The notes beneath the pieces were generated by a model. That model saw only the letters and a list, made by a program, of their open reading frames with translations, was not told where the DNA came from and made no database searches. 61,394 nucleotides of DNA, from positions 1 to 61,394 of the IMG/VR virus record IMGVR_UViG_3300021139_000014, one strand, 5' to 3'. The stretch is from a virus (taxonomy: Duplodnaviria; Caudoviricetes). The translations under genes were made by a program, and so were the position numbers. This document shows positions 8,927 through 18,313 of this stretch, piece after piece; within the stretch, counting starts at the first letter, position 1, and the number at the start of each line of letters is the position of its first letter.

Positions 8927-9409
8927 ATGGTTAATTATAGACAAATATGGATTAAAAAATATGGGAAAATACCCATTGATAATAATGGTAGAAGTTATGA
9001 AATTCACCATATTGATGGGAATAGGAAAAATAATTTAATTGAAAATTTAGTATGTATTAGTATTGATGAACATTATCAAATTCATTTAAAAAAAGGTCAA
9101 ATACATGCTGCTAATTTAATTGCAAATAGAATGAATAAACCTTTGTTAATTGGCCACCATTGCACAGATGATGTAAAAAATAAAATAAGTAATTCAAAAA
9201 AGGGAAAACCAAAATCTGAAATACATAAGCAAAAAATGAGTGAGGCTAAGAAAGGAAAAATATTTACCAGTGAACACAAAAAAAATTTAAAAAAGACAAA
9301 GGAATTATTGACTTGTCCTATTTGTGGTAAAACGGGGGGTTCAAATGCTATTAAAAGATTTCATTTTGATAACTGTGGCAAACCATATATTTTTAAACGT
9401 AACAAATAA
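8927..9409 (+). CDS. HNH homing endonuclease with NUMOD3-like repeats
   Basis: EIHHIDGNRKNNLIENL..H; KSEIHKQKMSEAKKG; own TATATTTG promoter at 8915-8922. Confidence 0.85.
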   Translation: MVNYRQIWIKKYGKIPIDNNGRSYEIHHIDGNRKNNLIENLVCISIDEHYQIHLKKGQIHAANLIANRMNKPLLIGHHCTDDVKNKISNSKKGKPKSEIHKQKMSEAKKGKIFTSEHKKNLKKTKELLTCPICGKTGGSNAIKRFHFDNCGKPYIFKRNK

Positions 9410-9412
9410 TCT

Positions 9413-9607
9413 ATGAAGATAAGAAAGCCAATAACCCTATGGGATAAAATTACCTACGCTATTGATGACCTAGAGTTTGATGAGCCAAAGGAATTAGAAA
9501 CCGATGCTCAGATAGTTGATAGGCTGATAGAGTTAGCCCATCATTATAGATTAGAATGCAAGAACCTAGAGGCTCAATTAGATGATTTTAAATATTATAA
9601 TAAGTAA
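9413..9607 (+). CDS. Hypothetical protein
   Basis: 64-aa ORF. Confidence 0.6.
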   Translation: MKIRKPITLWDKITYAIDDLEFDEPKELETDAQIVDRLIELAHHYRLECKNLEAQLDDFKYYNK

Positions 9608-9693
9608 ATATGGGCGGAATATCTTTAATAATATTATTAATATTAGCAATTATTATGTCACTACAAAGTGATGAATATAGAAAATAAAAACAA

Positions 9694-10122
9694 ATGAAAA
9701 AGCCAATACACAAATACAATGGAGGAGCAGGAGCTACCCTTTGCCATCATTGCAAGGTAATTATAACAACAGGATTAACTGAGGATATATATTGCAAGGA
9801 TTGCGCAGACAACAAGGTAACCTACCTAAACAGATACAGAGACAAAATAATCTTTGAGCATATCGGAGATACTGTTACGATGACAGGTGGCAGTTGGTTT
9901 AGATTTAGTTATGATGATAATAACAACACCACAATGGTAGACCCATCAGGAGGCCCTTACATTTCACTTGGAGATAACCTAGCAGACTTTTGGCCTAGAG
10001 GTAAATACCAAGACCTAATCATTGAATCAATATCATTAGATAGCAGCAAGGACGCAGCAGTAGTAACATTTAAAATTAAACAAGATGAAAATAGAGTACA
10101 CCCTGAAGGAAGTGAGGCCTAA
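9694..10122 (+). CDS. Hypothetical protein with N-terminal zinc finger
   Basis: KYNGGAGATLCHHC...YCKDC. Confidence 0.7.
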   Translation: MKKPIHKYNGGAGATLCHHCKVIITTGLTEDIYCKDCADNKVTYLNRYRDKIIFEHIGDTVTMTGGSWFRFSYDDNNNTTMVDPSGGPYISLGDNLADFWPRGKYQDLIIESISLDSSKDAAVVTFKIKQDENRVHPEGSEA

Positions 10123-10738
10123 TATATTTGCTGTTATTGTACCTAATCAATACGATAGAGCTATGCTATTCTGTAGGGCACAAGAGTTCTATGAATCAGA
10201 TAGTGATTTATTTAAGGAGCAAGACTTTAATATATGGGAATACATGAGATGGTATTCAGCTAAGAACAAGGGAGTATTTACATATACTAAAGACTGGGAT
10301 GGATTTAATCTTCCATTCAAGGTGGCACTTAATTGTACATTAGGAGCGCAATGCGAATCACCATACGACATAGCAATGCAAGATATATTAGACCAAATAC
10401 TTCTTACTGATAATCCCGCTGATGCATATATCATAGGAACTAAAGCAAACAAAGGTCAAACATTTAAGCATGAGATTTGCCATGCTTTATACTATACTAA
10501 TAGCGAGTATAAATTATTAGCTGATGAGATAACTAAATCTATTGATTGGCAAGATTATTTAATATTTGAAGATAACTTATTAAGTCTTTGTTATAATGCA
10601 TCTGTAATCAATGATGAGATACAAGCCTATATGATGACAAACTATAAGGCTAAATACTTCAGCAAAGGAGTTGACATAGATACACTAAATGAATTACATA
10701 ACAAATACAAAGAACAATTAAATAGATTTTTGAAATGA
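10085..10738 (+). CDS. Putative zincin-like (HExxH) metalloprotein
   Basis: HEICH with a downstream DEIQAY. Confidence 0.6.
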   Translation: MKIEYTLKEVRPNIFAVIVPNQYDRAMLFCRAQEFYESDSDLFKEQDFNIWEYMRWYSAKNKGVFTYTKDWDGFNLPFKVALNCTLGAQCESPYDIAMQDILDQILLTDNPADAYIIGTKANKGQTFKHEICHALYYTNSEYKLLADEITKSIDWQDYLIFEDNLLSLCYNASVINDEIQAYMMTNYKAKYFSKGVDIDTLNELHNKYKEQLNRFLK

Positions 10739-11244
10739 CAAGAGACGAGGTAATAAAAAACATAAACAAGGTGCAGAAGTTATCCAAGAGCGCAAAGGAT
10801 GCTATCAATGAAATCAAGAAGCTAGCCATGGATGAGGTGTACCATTTAGATAAGCACACAAGGCAGACAATAAAAGACCTTAAGATGGAGTACAACTCTA
10901 CCAAGACGCTTGTAACAAAGCAAAGAGTTAACCATGATAAAATAATAGAGGTTGTCAAACATCACTTTGGGGTAGACTTTACTAGAAAGACTAGAAAGTT
11001 CGAATACAAGGAGGCAAGGCAAGTAGCCTGTTATTTGTTCAGAAAATTTACAGGTCTGAGTCTAGGAGACATTGCCTCATATGTTGGATTAGGAGACCAC
11101 ACTACCGTTATTCATGCTATTAAAAAAGTAGAGGATAATATGTACATAGACTCTACATATAAGGATATAATAATTGAACTTGAAAATATTTTAAAGGCTA
11201 CCATAAAGACAAAAAATGATAACAATATTCGAGAAGTTCTCTAG
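10735..11244 (+). CDS. DnaA C-terminal (domain IV) HTH-containing protein
   Basis: ARQVACYL...SLGDIA...DHTTVIHAIKKV signature; no AAA+ domain. Confidence 0.85.
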   Translation: MTRDEVIKNINKVQKLSKSAKDAINEIKKLAMDEVYHLDKHTRQTIKDLKMEYNSTKTLVTKQRVNHDKIIEVVKHHFGVDFTRKTRKFEYKEARQVACYLFRKFTGLSLGDIASYVGLGDHTTVIHAIKKVEDNMYIDSTYKDIIIELENILKATIKTKNDNNIREVL

Positions 11245-13060
11245 CATAGGGAAACCATACAAAACAAGTGTCGCCTCTGTATTTAATGCCATTAAAAATG
11301 GAAAGGTAAAGGAGCAGATAGAACTCATTAGAACAGAGACTGACCAAGAGGTAATCAGCAAACTAAAACTAGAGCTTCCTTCTGTACTTTATGCTGGCGT
11401 ATTTGATATACCTATTAAAAAAACTAGGGCAGATGGTAGCATCTACGAATCTTATCGTAATGATAAATCATTGTCAATACATTCTAAGCTGATACCTTTT
11501 GATGTTGATGACCTTGATGACATACCAAAGTTTAAAGAGGACGCCAAGAGAGACCCATACATTTATGCCCTATGGACATCCCCATCAGGAACAGGGGTAC
11601 ACGGACTAATCAAGATAGCTGATGGCAATAAGCACGAGGAACATTACAACGCCTTACTTAAACGCTATCCTGTATTTGACCCAACGGCTCGTAACCCATC
11701 AAGGATTTTGTTTATGTCTTACGACCCTGACATCTACATAAATGATGATAGTAAAGTTTTCTTTGAGGTCATAGAGAATGTACGCAACGAAGGAATGCTG
11801 ATGACTGGCGTTAGTACCGACTATTCTAAGCTGAATATAGCCTCAAAAATGATTCAAAAGGCTGAGATAGGGCAGAGACATCACTCGGTAATTAAAGCCT
11901 CTTATTTGGTCGGAGGTTGGATTTCTGGAGGCCTTGTAGAAGAAGGTATAGCTAAAAGAGTATTAGAATTTGAGGTGCTGAAGAAATTCGGCCCACAAGA
12001 GGCTGAGATAGAGTATCAGGCAGTAGAAGATGGCGTAAAAGCAGGTCAGTATATGCCTATTAATGAACTTGCTACCTACGAAAGAAAGGCTATAGAGGAG
12101 ATGGGGCTGATAGATGAGGAGTTATCTTTCTTGGTTAAGAATGAGGTTGATGAGGAGTATATCAGAAGATATAGAGCAGGCCTTATACCAATGGGGCTAC
12201 CTTTTGGATACGATGACATGGATAAGTATTTGCTTTTAAAAGAAGGAGAGTTTTATGCCTTGCTTTCTCACGCTCACACGGGTAAGACGGCATTAACATT
12301 TTGGCTGATATTCTTATCTTCCTTTAAGTATGATTGGGGTTGGGTTGTTTATACAGGGGAGAATAGAACTGCCTCAGTTAAGATGAGAATGGTAGAACAT
12401 TACATTGGTAAAAAGATTAAGGATTGTTCTGAATCTGAATTTCAGGAAGCCTTAAAGTGGGTTAATGAAAGAATGTTCTTTATCAATAATGATACAATGT
12501 ATTCCTACGATGACCTACTTAAATATACAGAGAAGGTATCTAAGTTTCACTCTATTAAGGGATTGTTTATTGACCCCATTAATGCTCTAAAGGTTAAAGG
12601 AAATAATAAGTACGACCACGACATGGAGATGTATACTGATATGCTTTTGTTTACCAAGAGAACTAATATTTCTATATTTGTAGCCCTTCATACTAGAAGC
12701 CAATCTCAAAGGGAAAGGGACAAGGATGGTAATCAGTTGATACCATTCCCTGCTGATGCAGATGGTGGCGCAATCCTCTACAACAAGGTTGACATATTCG
12801 CGACTATGAATAGAAATATTCAAGACCCTCAGACATGGATGATAACCGAAATCTATGTAAACAAAATGCGTAACAAAGATACAGGAGGTAACACAACACC
12901 AAGAGGTGACATGATTAGACTTGTAATGAAAAATGGCATAGAGTTTACTGATATCAATGGTTGGTTACCAATTAAAAGAAAAGGAGTTACTGATTTTATA
13001 AATTATACCCAGGCTACCTTGGATGATATTATTAATGATATTGATTCTACACCATTTTAA
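11216..13060 (+). CDS. Primase-helicase (VirE-N/BT4734-like domain fused to a DnaB-like helicase)
   Basis: FDVD, SPSGTGVH, RILFMSYD in the N-terminal part; HTGKT, FIDP, KMRN in the C-terminal part. Confidence 0.85.
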   Translation: MITIFEKFSSIGKPYKTSVASVFNAIKNGKVKEQIELIRTETDQEVISKLKLELPSVLYAGVFDIPIKKTRADGSIYESYRNDKSLSIHSKLIPFDVDDLDDIPKFKEDAKRDPYIYALWTSPSGTGVHGLIKIADGNKHEEHYNALLKRYPVFDPTARNPSRILFMSYDPDIYINDDSKVFFEVIENVRNEGMLMTGVSTDYSKLNIASKMIQKAEIGQRHHSVIKASYLVGGWISGGLVEEGIAKRVLEFEVLKKFGPQEAEIEYQAVEDGVKAGQYMPINELATYERKAIEEMGLIDEELSFLVKNEVDEEYIRRYRAGLIPMGLPFGYDDMDKYLLLKEGEFYALLSHAHTGKTALTFWLIFLSSFKYDWGWVVYTGENRTASVKMRMVEHYIGKKIKDCSESEFQEALKWVNERMFFINNDTMYSYDDLLKYTEKVSKFHSIKGLFIDPINALKVKGNNKYDHDMEMYTDMLLFTKRTNISIFVALHTRSQSQRERDKDGNQLIPFPADADGGAILYNKVDIFATMNRNIQDPQTWMITEIYVNKMRNKDTGGNTTPRGDMIRLVMKNGIEFTDINGWLPIKRKGVTDFINYTQATLDDIINDIDSTPF

Positions 13061-13112
13061 AAAATATAATCAAAAACATTATACTAACAAAGTAAATAGT
13101 TAGTTTTGCAGT

Positions 13113-13355
13113 ATGGAGAAAAACAATTTTAGTATTGCACTTTATGACATGTCAATACTTGATGTAAAAGAAAGAAGAGAAAAAAGAATTGTATATGAAT
13201 CCGTTAAAAAAGCCTCAGCTAAATTAGGAGTTAGTGAAAATGTTTTAAAAAGAGCCTCATCAAACAAAGATAGATTATACATAAAAGCCTTAAATGGAGA
13301 ATACGCAATAAGACACATAAACACAAAAAGCAATGGACGAAATACTAAGCCTTGA
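13113..13355 (+). CDS. Small DNA-binding (NUMOD1/HTH-like) protein
   Basis: YESVKKASAKLGVSEN; promoter TAGTTTTG at 13101-13108. Confidence 0.6.
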   Translation: MEKNNFSIALYDMSILDVKERREKRIVYESVKKASAKLGVSENVLKRASSNKDRLYIKALNGEYAIRHINTKSNGRNTKP

Positions 13356-13545
13356 TTACTATTACAAAGATTTTTCAATCAAAGCACTAAACAAAACACT
13401 TACATTTAAAGAGGCTAGCGAGCTGCTAGGCATTTCCGAAAAAACATTGTATAGATGGAGAGTACAATACAACATTATTCAAGACCCTAAAACAAAAAAA
13501 TATGGAGAATCTATTCAAAGAGCAAGAGTTGCAGAAAAAGTTTGA
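13333..13545 (+). CDS. HTH (Fis-type) DNA-binding protein
   Basis: EASELLGISEKTLYRW. Confidence 0.75.
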   Translation: MDEILSLDYYYKDFSIKALNKTLTFKEASELLGISEKTLYRWRVQYNIIQDPKTKKYGESIQRARVAEKV

Positions 13546-13900
13546 TGACACTAAAGTCATGATGGAATCAGTTAAGAAAGCTGTAGCCATGAAGGTAGAT
13601 TTAACAGAACCACAATCTGTTCTATTAAAATTAAATGCTATAGTAGATGTTCAATATCTTGCTGCTGAATGTAGAGCAAGATTCCAATATTTATTAGACA
13701 AGCATACTGTATCTAAGATACAAATAGTAGATAACTATCAAGGGAATGCTACTGAAAAGAAAGCTATACTGAACGCAGAGATTGCAGGGGTATCTTTCTA
13801 TGATACTTGGTGCGAGTATTTGCTGAAGGAATGTCATTATCAAATTGACATTCTTAGAACAGCCTTATCTTATTCTAAACAAGAGCAAAGAAGTATGTAA
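13502..13900 (+). CDS. Hypothetical helical protein
   Basis: 132 aa ending HYQIDILRTALSYSKQE. Confidence 0.7.
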   Translation: MENLFKEQELQKKFDDTKVMMESVKKAVAMKVDLTEPQSVLLKLNAIVDVQYLAAECRARFQYLLDKHTVSKIQIVDNYQGNATEKKAILNAEIAGVSFYDTWCEYLLKECHYQIDILRTALSYSKQEQRSM

Positions 13901-13901
13901 T

Positions 13902-14063
13902 ATGAAGAAATGTACCAAATGTAAGGAAGAAAGAAAGTTAGAATATTTTAGCAGAAAAAAAAGCTGGAGTATCGGAAGAGTAAGCGTATGCAGATTCTGT
14001 CAATCAGATTATGAAAAAAAAAGAAGAGAACAAAAAAAATTAGATAACATCTATTCATTTTAA
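13902..14063 (+). CDS. Small zinc-finger protein
   Basis: KKCTKC...VCRFC; ATG at 13902. Confidence 0.6.
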   Translation: MKKCTKCKEERKLEYFSRKKSWSIGRVSVCRFCQSDYEKKRREQKKLDNIYSF

Positions 14064-14080
14064 ACAAACACAAAACAGCT

Positions 14081-14335
14081 ATGGAAAAAGCACCAAAAAT
14101 TTACTGCGGTAGTGGTAAAACAAAAGGAGAAGGTTGGTTACAAGTAAGTGTAAACCCTGAAATCCTAAGTCAACATGTACAAGAGTACAATGGTAAGAAG
14201 TATGTTAAATTAAACATTAACATTGGTAAGGAAGACAAGTTCGGTAAGGATGTTCAAATCACTATTGACACCTGGAAACCTACACCAAAGTCAAACACAT
14301 CTACAGCAGTAGCAAATGATGACTTGCCATTTTAA
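14081..14335 (+). CDS. Small SSB-like protein with an acidic DDLPF tail
   Basis: C-terminal DDLPF; beta-rich body. Confidence 0.6.
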   Translation: MEKAPKIYCGSGKTKGEGWLQVSVNPEILSQHVQEYNGKKYVKLNINIGKEDKFGKDVQITIDTWKPTPKSNTSTAVANDDLPF

Positions 14336-14358
14336 GGCCGTAAATTACTAACCACGGA

Positions 14359-14428
14359 TTCGGTGTAGCTCAAATTGGTAGAGCCCTTAATTTTAAGGAG
14401 TGTGTTCGTTCAAGTCGAACCACCGAAA
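14359..14428 (+). ncRNA. tRNA-like RNA with a truncated anticodon arm
   Basis: 7-bp acceptor stem TTCGGTG/CACCGAA; D arm GCTC-AAATTGGTA-GAGC; T arm GTTCG-TTCAAGT-CGAAC; anticodon arm only CCTTAATTTTAAGG; no encoded CCA. Confidence 0.75.
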
Positions 14429-14440
14429 CAAAATAATATT

Positions 14441-14794
14441 ATGAAACACTCAGGTTCATTTTCACACGACCTCAAATTTGGGGAAGAGTCAGAGGACTGG
14501 GTAAAATCTTTGTTCTCGGGCTCTTTCAAAGTGGAAGTAAAATCCGATAGAAGGGCCCTTGTAACAGGGAACATTTACATTGAGGTTTATTCAAGAAGTA
14601 AACCATCAGGAATAAGCACGACAGATGCTGACTATTGGGTATACAAAATAGAAGGTATAGATACTGCAATAGTAATACCTACATCAAGATTAAAAGAATT
14701 AGTTAAGACACATTACAAAGGATTATTTAAACACGGAGGAGACCACGATAGCTCTAGAGGAGTATTAATACCAATAAAAGAATTATTCAAATAA
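14441..14794 (+). CDS. PD-(D/E)XK-like endonuclease
   Basis: DLKFGEESE...VEVKSD...GNIYIE; start placed at ATG 14441 because upstream sequence is the tRNA-like element. Confidence 0.65.
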   Translation: MKHSGSFSHDLKFGEESEDWVKSLFSGSFKVEVKSDRRALVTGNIYIEVYSRSKPSGISTTDADYWVYKIEGIDTAIVIPTSRLKELVKTHYKGLFKHGGDHDSSRGVLIPIKELFK

Positions 14795-14796
14795 AC

Positions 14797-15138
14797 ATGG
14801 GAGCAAATTTAGTATCAGCAATACATCATTTAAGGATGTCAGAAGAACACTTTGAAGATTTTATAAGACAAAATCCAGAGTCAAGAGGAGAAAGATTATT
14901 CAAAACCTACATAGCAAAATTAAGATGGGTTATGAATGATATTCAAACCTATCCATATTTTAATCAAGATACAAGAGATTGTATTAAGGCTGAAATAGAA
15001 AGCGATATATTTGCTGTGCCGGCTATCAATGAGAAAGTATCCTTATTAAATCCTGAGCAAAGAGAAATGATTGAGGAAACAATAGATGCAATGCTTGCAG
15101 GAGAGGATGTTAAAATTGTTGATACCAAAGAGATATAA
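14797..15138 (+). CDS. Hypothetical protein
   Basis: 113-aa ORF. Confidence 0.7.
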   Translation: MGANLVSAIHHLRMSEEHFEDFIRQNPESRGERLFKTYIAKLRWVMNDIQTYPYFNQDTRDCIKAEIESDIFAVPAINEKVSLLNPEQREMIEETIDAMLAGEDVKIVDTKEI

Positions 15139-15155
15139 TTGATTATCTTTGCGTT

Positions 15156-17114
15156 ATGCCAACTGTAGAGATATACGGAATACAATGCACAATGCCAGAG
15201 ATGCCTTTTCTAAAAGAAATTGATGGCAGCAATATATCAGAAAAAAAACAAAAGTTTAGAAGAACTGATATACCAGATTCATTCTATGATTTAGAAATAG
15301 ATGAGGATGGCAATGCTCAATACAATGAAGAGCAAATAACCTTTATCAAAAAAGAATTTGAAAGATGTAGAGATGGATATTGGTTTATGAATAACGGATT
15401 TCCTACCTATATTACAGGAGACCATTACTTTTATTTAAACTATTGGACATTGGAGTCTGGCGTTGAGCCTGAGTTCAGGGATGCTGATAGAAAATGGTTT
15501 CTATTTTACAATGAGGTTTCAAAAGACGATACTATTTTAGGAGTCATAAGGGTTAAGAAACGAAGAGAGGGGGCTACCTCACAATCATCATGTATACTTA
15601 CTAAGGAGGCTTCTTTCACAGCCAATACTCGTTGTGGTATTATCTCTAAGACAGGAGGTGACGCCTCGGATTTATTCATGAACATGATTGTGTATGGATT
15701 CAAGTCTATACCTATATTCTTTCAGCCAAGAACTGATGGTAGTGATGACCCTAAGAAAAGATTAGTGCTTGTTAAACAGGCTAAAAAGAAAAAAGCTAAT
15801 GTAGGTCTTTACAATAAAAGAGAAGGTCTTAATTCATTCATAGAATGGCGTAACACAGCCTTGAACTCATTTGACTCTGGTCGTTGGAGTAGATTGCTGA
15901 TTGATGAGGCCTCTAAATTCCCAAAGGAAGTAGACATCGTAGAGTATTGGAATATCGCAAAGAAGACCCTAACAGAGGGAGCTAACAAGGTAGGATTTGC
16001 CTTGATGGTTTCTACCGTTAACCCACCTAATAATGGTGGTCAAGAGTTTAAAAACTTGTGGGACCAATCTAATCAGTTCAAGCACGGAAGAAATACCCCT
16101 ACTAAATTAGTTAGATACTTTGTGCCTGCCTCAGAAGGATTAGCAGGGTTTATAGATATCTATGGTATGTCAAGAAAGAAAGAGGCTGAGGAGTTTATCC
16201 TAGCTAACTACAGAAATAATGACCAAGATACTCGTGACTATCCATTAAACGAAGAGGAAGCCTTTAAATTTAATCAGGCTGATTGTCACTTCAATTTAGA
16301 TAACATACTTGAGCAAGAGCAAAAGCTAAGAGACAATCCTGTGTTTTTGAGAAGAGGTAGATTCTATATGACAGGAGAGGATAAGGTTGAATGGGCTGAT
16401 GACAGCGGTGGTAGTTGGCTGATATATAAGTTCCCTGAGAAGCCTAACAATTTTCAAATAAGAGGTAATGTAATGTACCCTGGCAATGCTACTGAGTATG
16501 GAATGGGTGTCGATACCTATCGTTCAGCTATGACCTCAGGAGAAGGCTCTAAAGGGTCAGCATGGATAGGAGAAAAGATTGACCCAACCAAGGAAGGTAG
16601 TGGAGCTCCTATGGCTCATTACTATGGTAGACCAAAGCTAAAGAAATTGTTTTGGAAGGAGATGTTGATGGCATGTATGTACTACGGAGTGCCTGCAACA
16701 ATAGAGTTGGATGCCGGAGATGACTACTACGAATATTTTAAATCAGAGAATGACTTTAAGCTGAATTGTTTACCAATGCTAGGCAAGAAACCTGATGCAG
16801 TTGTAGACCCTACAAGAAAGACTAAGGTTAATCATATGATTCGTGGGGTAGCCTCAGCTGATGCCTTCGCATTATCAAAGCAGTTAGAGTACGGAATAAA
16901 TTACATAGAACACTATTGTCATCTTATAAACTATCCTGACCTATTAGATGAGCTTAAAAAATATGAGCATGACAATCGTACTAAATACGATAGAACAGTA
17001 TCATTCTTGATTATGTTATTGACCTTAACAGGGCAGACAAAGGCTCAGGCAGAGACTAAAAAAAGAATGCCTCTTATAGAGACATATTCAGTAAATCATT
17101 TTAAAACTTTTTAG
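15156..17114 (+). CDS. terL: Terminase large subunit
   Basis: KKRREGAT Walker-A-like motif, LLIDEASK Walker B, VST coupling motif, GVD...DRTVS nuclease domain; promoter TATCTTTG at 15144-15151. Confidence 0.9.
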   Translation: MPTVEIYGIQCTMPEMPFLKEIDGSNISEKKQKFRRTDIPDSFYDLEIDEDGNAQYNEEQITFIKKEFERCRDGYWFMNNGFPTYITGDHYFYLNYWTLESGVEPEFRDADRKWFLFYNEVSKDDTILGVIRVKKRREGATSQSSCILTKEASFTANTRCGIISKTGGDASDLFMNMIVYGFKSIPIFFQPRTDGSDDPKKRLVLVKQAKKKKANVGLYNKREGLNSFIEWRNTALNSFDSGRWSRLLIDEASKFPKEVDIVEYWNIAKKTLTEGANKVGFALMVSTVNPPNNGGQEFKNLWDQSNQFKHGRNTPTKLVRYFVPASEGLAGFIDIYGMSRKKEAEEFILANYRNNDQDTRDYPLNEEEAFKFNQADCHFNLDNILEQEQKLRDNPVFLRRGRFYMTGEDKVEWADDSGGSWLIYKFPEKPNNFQIRGNVMYPGNATEYGMGVDTYRSAMTSGEGSKGSAWIGEKIDPTKEGSGAPMAHYYGRPKLKKLFWKEMLMACMYYGVPATIELDAGDDYYEYFKSENDFKLNCLPMLGKKPDAVVDPTRKTKVNHMIRGVASADAFALSKQLEYGINYIEHYCHLINYPDLLDELKKYEHDNRTKYDRTVSFLIMLLTLTGQTKAQAETKKRMPLIETYSVNHFKTF

Positions 17115-17412
17115 TACGTTCAAATTCGTACAATAACAAACCAACAGCATCCACAAAATCTTCATTGTATTTTAGCTGATGTCTATTTGCAGCATCAAGA
17201 ATAAGATGCATTAGTTCGTGGTAGAAGGTCTTGTCTATTTCAGACTTTGGCAATTTTTTATTTCCTTCTTTGGATGTAAGAGTAATTAACTTTAAATCAA
17301 AATCAGCCTCTCCTAAATACCCCTCACCTTCACAATAATCATCATCAAACTCAACAGTAATCTTTTTACCATTGAGCTTGAATTCTGTTGGTATGTTTAT
17401 TTTGTTAGGCAC
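17101..17412 (-). CDS. Small HExxH metallopeptidase-like protein
   Basis: TFYHELMH...EDFVD. Confidence 0.7.
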   Translation of the reverse strand: MPNKINIPTEFKLNGKKITVEFDDDYCEGEGYLGEADFDLKLITLTSKEGNKKLPKSEIDKTFYHELMHLILDAANRHQLKYNEDFVDAVGLLLYEFERTKKF

Positions 17413-17605
17413 TCTTAAGTTCGATTAAATCTGGTCTCTCCTCATCATCAGGTAATGATTGCTTAGAACCTCCTCTAATCTTTCCCAACATTCTTCTGTA
17501 GGCATCCTCTAAGGCATGTAGCTCGTAAATCTTATTAACTAGGTATGATTCTTGTTCTGATAATGACATTTTATTAAACGATTTTGCAATTTTCAACTTG
17601 GCCAT
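17405..17605 (-). CDS. Hypothetical protein
   Basis: 66-aa ORF coupled to the next gene. Confidence 0.65.
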   Translation of the reverse strand: MAKLKIAKSFNKMSLSEQESYLVNKIYELHALEDAYRRMLGKIRGGSKQSLPDDEERPDLIELKSA

Positions 17606-17791
17606 AAAATTTCTTTGAATGATAAATATACTAATAAAATTTGTCTTCTTTTCTATCTTGAACTAACGAAATACCTGCTCTAAATATGTAATAAATAAAC
17701 AATATAAAAAGCCCTAATTGAAAGGCAGGTAGAAAGTCTACAAAATTAGTAGGGTGTATTAAGGAGTGCCAAACGAATTGCAAATACTCTT

Positions 17792-18313
17792 TCATATTAA
17801 AATATTTTTTCTTGAATTTGATATTCCTATTTTCCTTTTATGCTCTTCCGTAAGCTTTTTACCCTTATGGAATGCGCTTACTTTAGCCTTGTTTTCAGGG
17901 GTAGACTTAATCCTCTTCATTATCTCACTCATATTCTTCTTGTATTCAGCTGAGTATTTTACTCCGTACATTGGATTTTTATCTCCTTTTTTAGAGTTAC
18001 TTTTATTCTTCCTAATCTCATCAGTAAATACAAGGTTGTTTATACCATCTCCCCCATCAGTCATATTAACCAATGTGCCAAGACCAAGGTCTATTCTTCC
18101 GTAAAATGAAATCAAATACTTCTCAATGCTACAAGCCTCTTCCCAAATAATATCTTTATGGGTAATCTCAACAGTATAATCTTTAGCTGAAATGATGTTA
18201 CGCCAATACTTATTTCTTCCTAATTTAGAATAAGCCCTTTTATCTGTCTTGCCTATTCCAACATAGAAAACAGAATTGTTATCATTCCTTCTATGTAAAT
18301 AAACTATTGCCAT
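17792..18313 (-). CDS. GIY-YIG-like homing endonuclease with NUMOD3-like tail
   Basis: VYLH...FYVGIG...R...E...N(M)TDGGDG; KKLTEEHKRKIG. Confidence 0.8.
   Translation of the reverse strand: MAIVYLHRRNDNNSVFYVGIGKTDKRAYSKLGRNKYWRNIISAKDYTVEITHKDIIWEEACSIEKYLISFYGRIDLGLGTLVNMTDGGDGINNLVFTDEIRKNKSNSKKGDKNPMYGVKYSAEYKKNMSEIMKRIKSTPENKAKVSAFHKGKKLTEEHKRKIGISNSRKNILI

Noticed and set aside
12260-12292. Inactive helicase because Walker A reads SHAHTGKT
   Set aside because: The first Gly varies in DnaB-like helicases; GKT and the downstream motifs are intact.
14375-14440. N-terminal extension of ORF 14375..14794
   Set aside because: It overlaps the tRNA-like element; ATG 14441 has the proper A-rich context.
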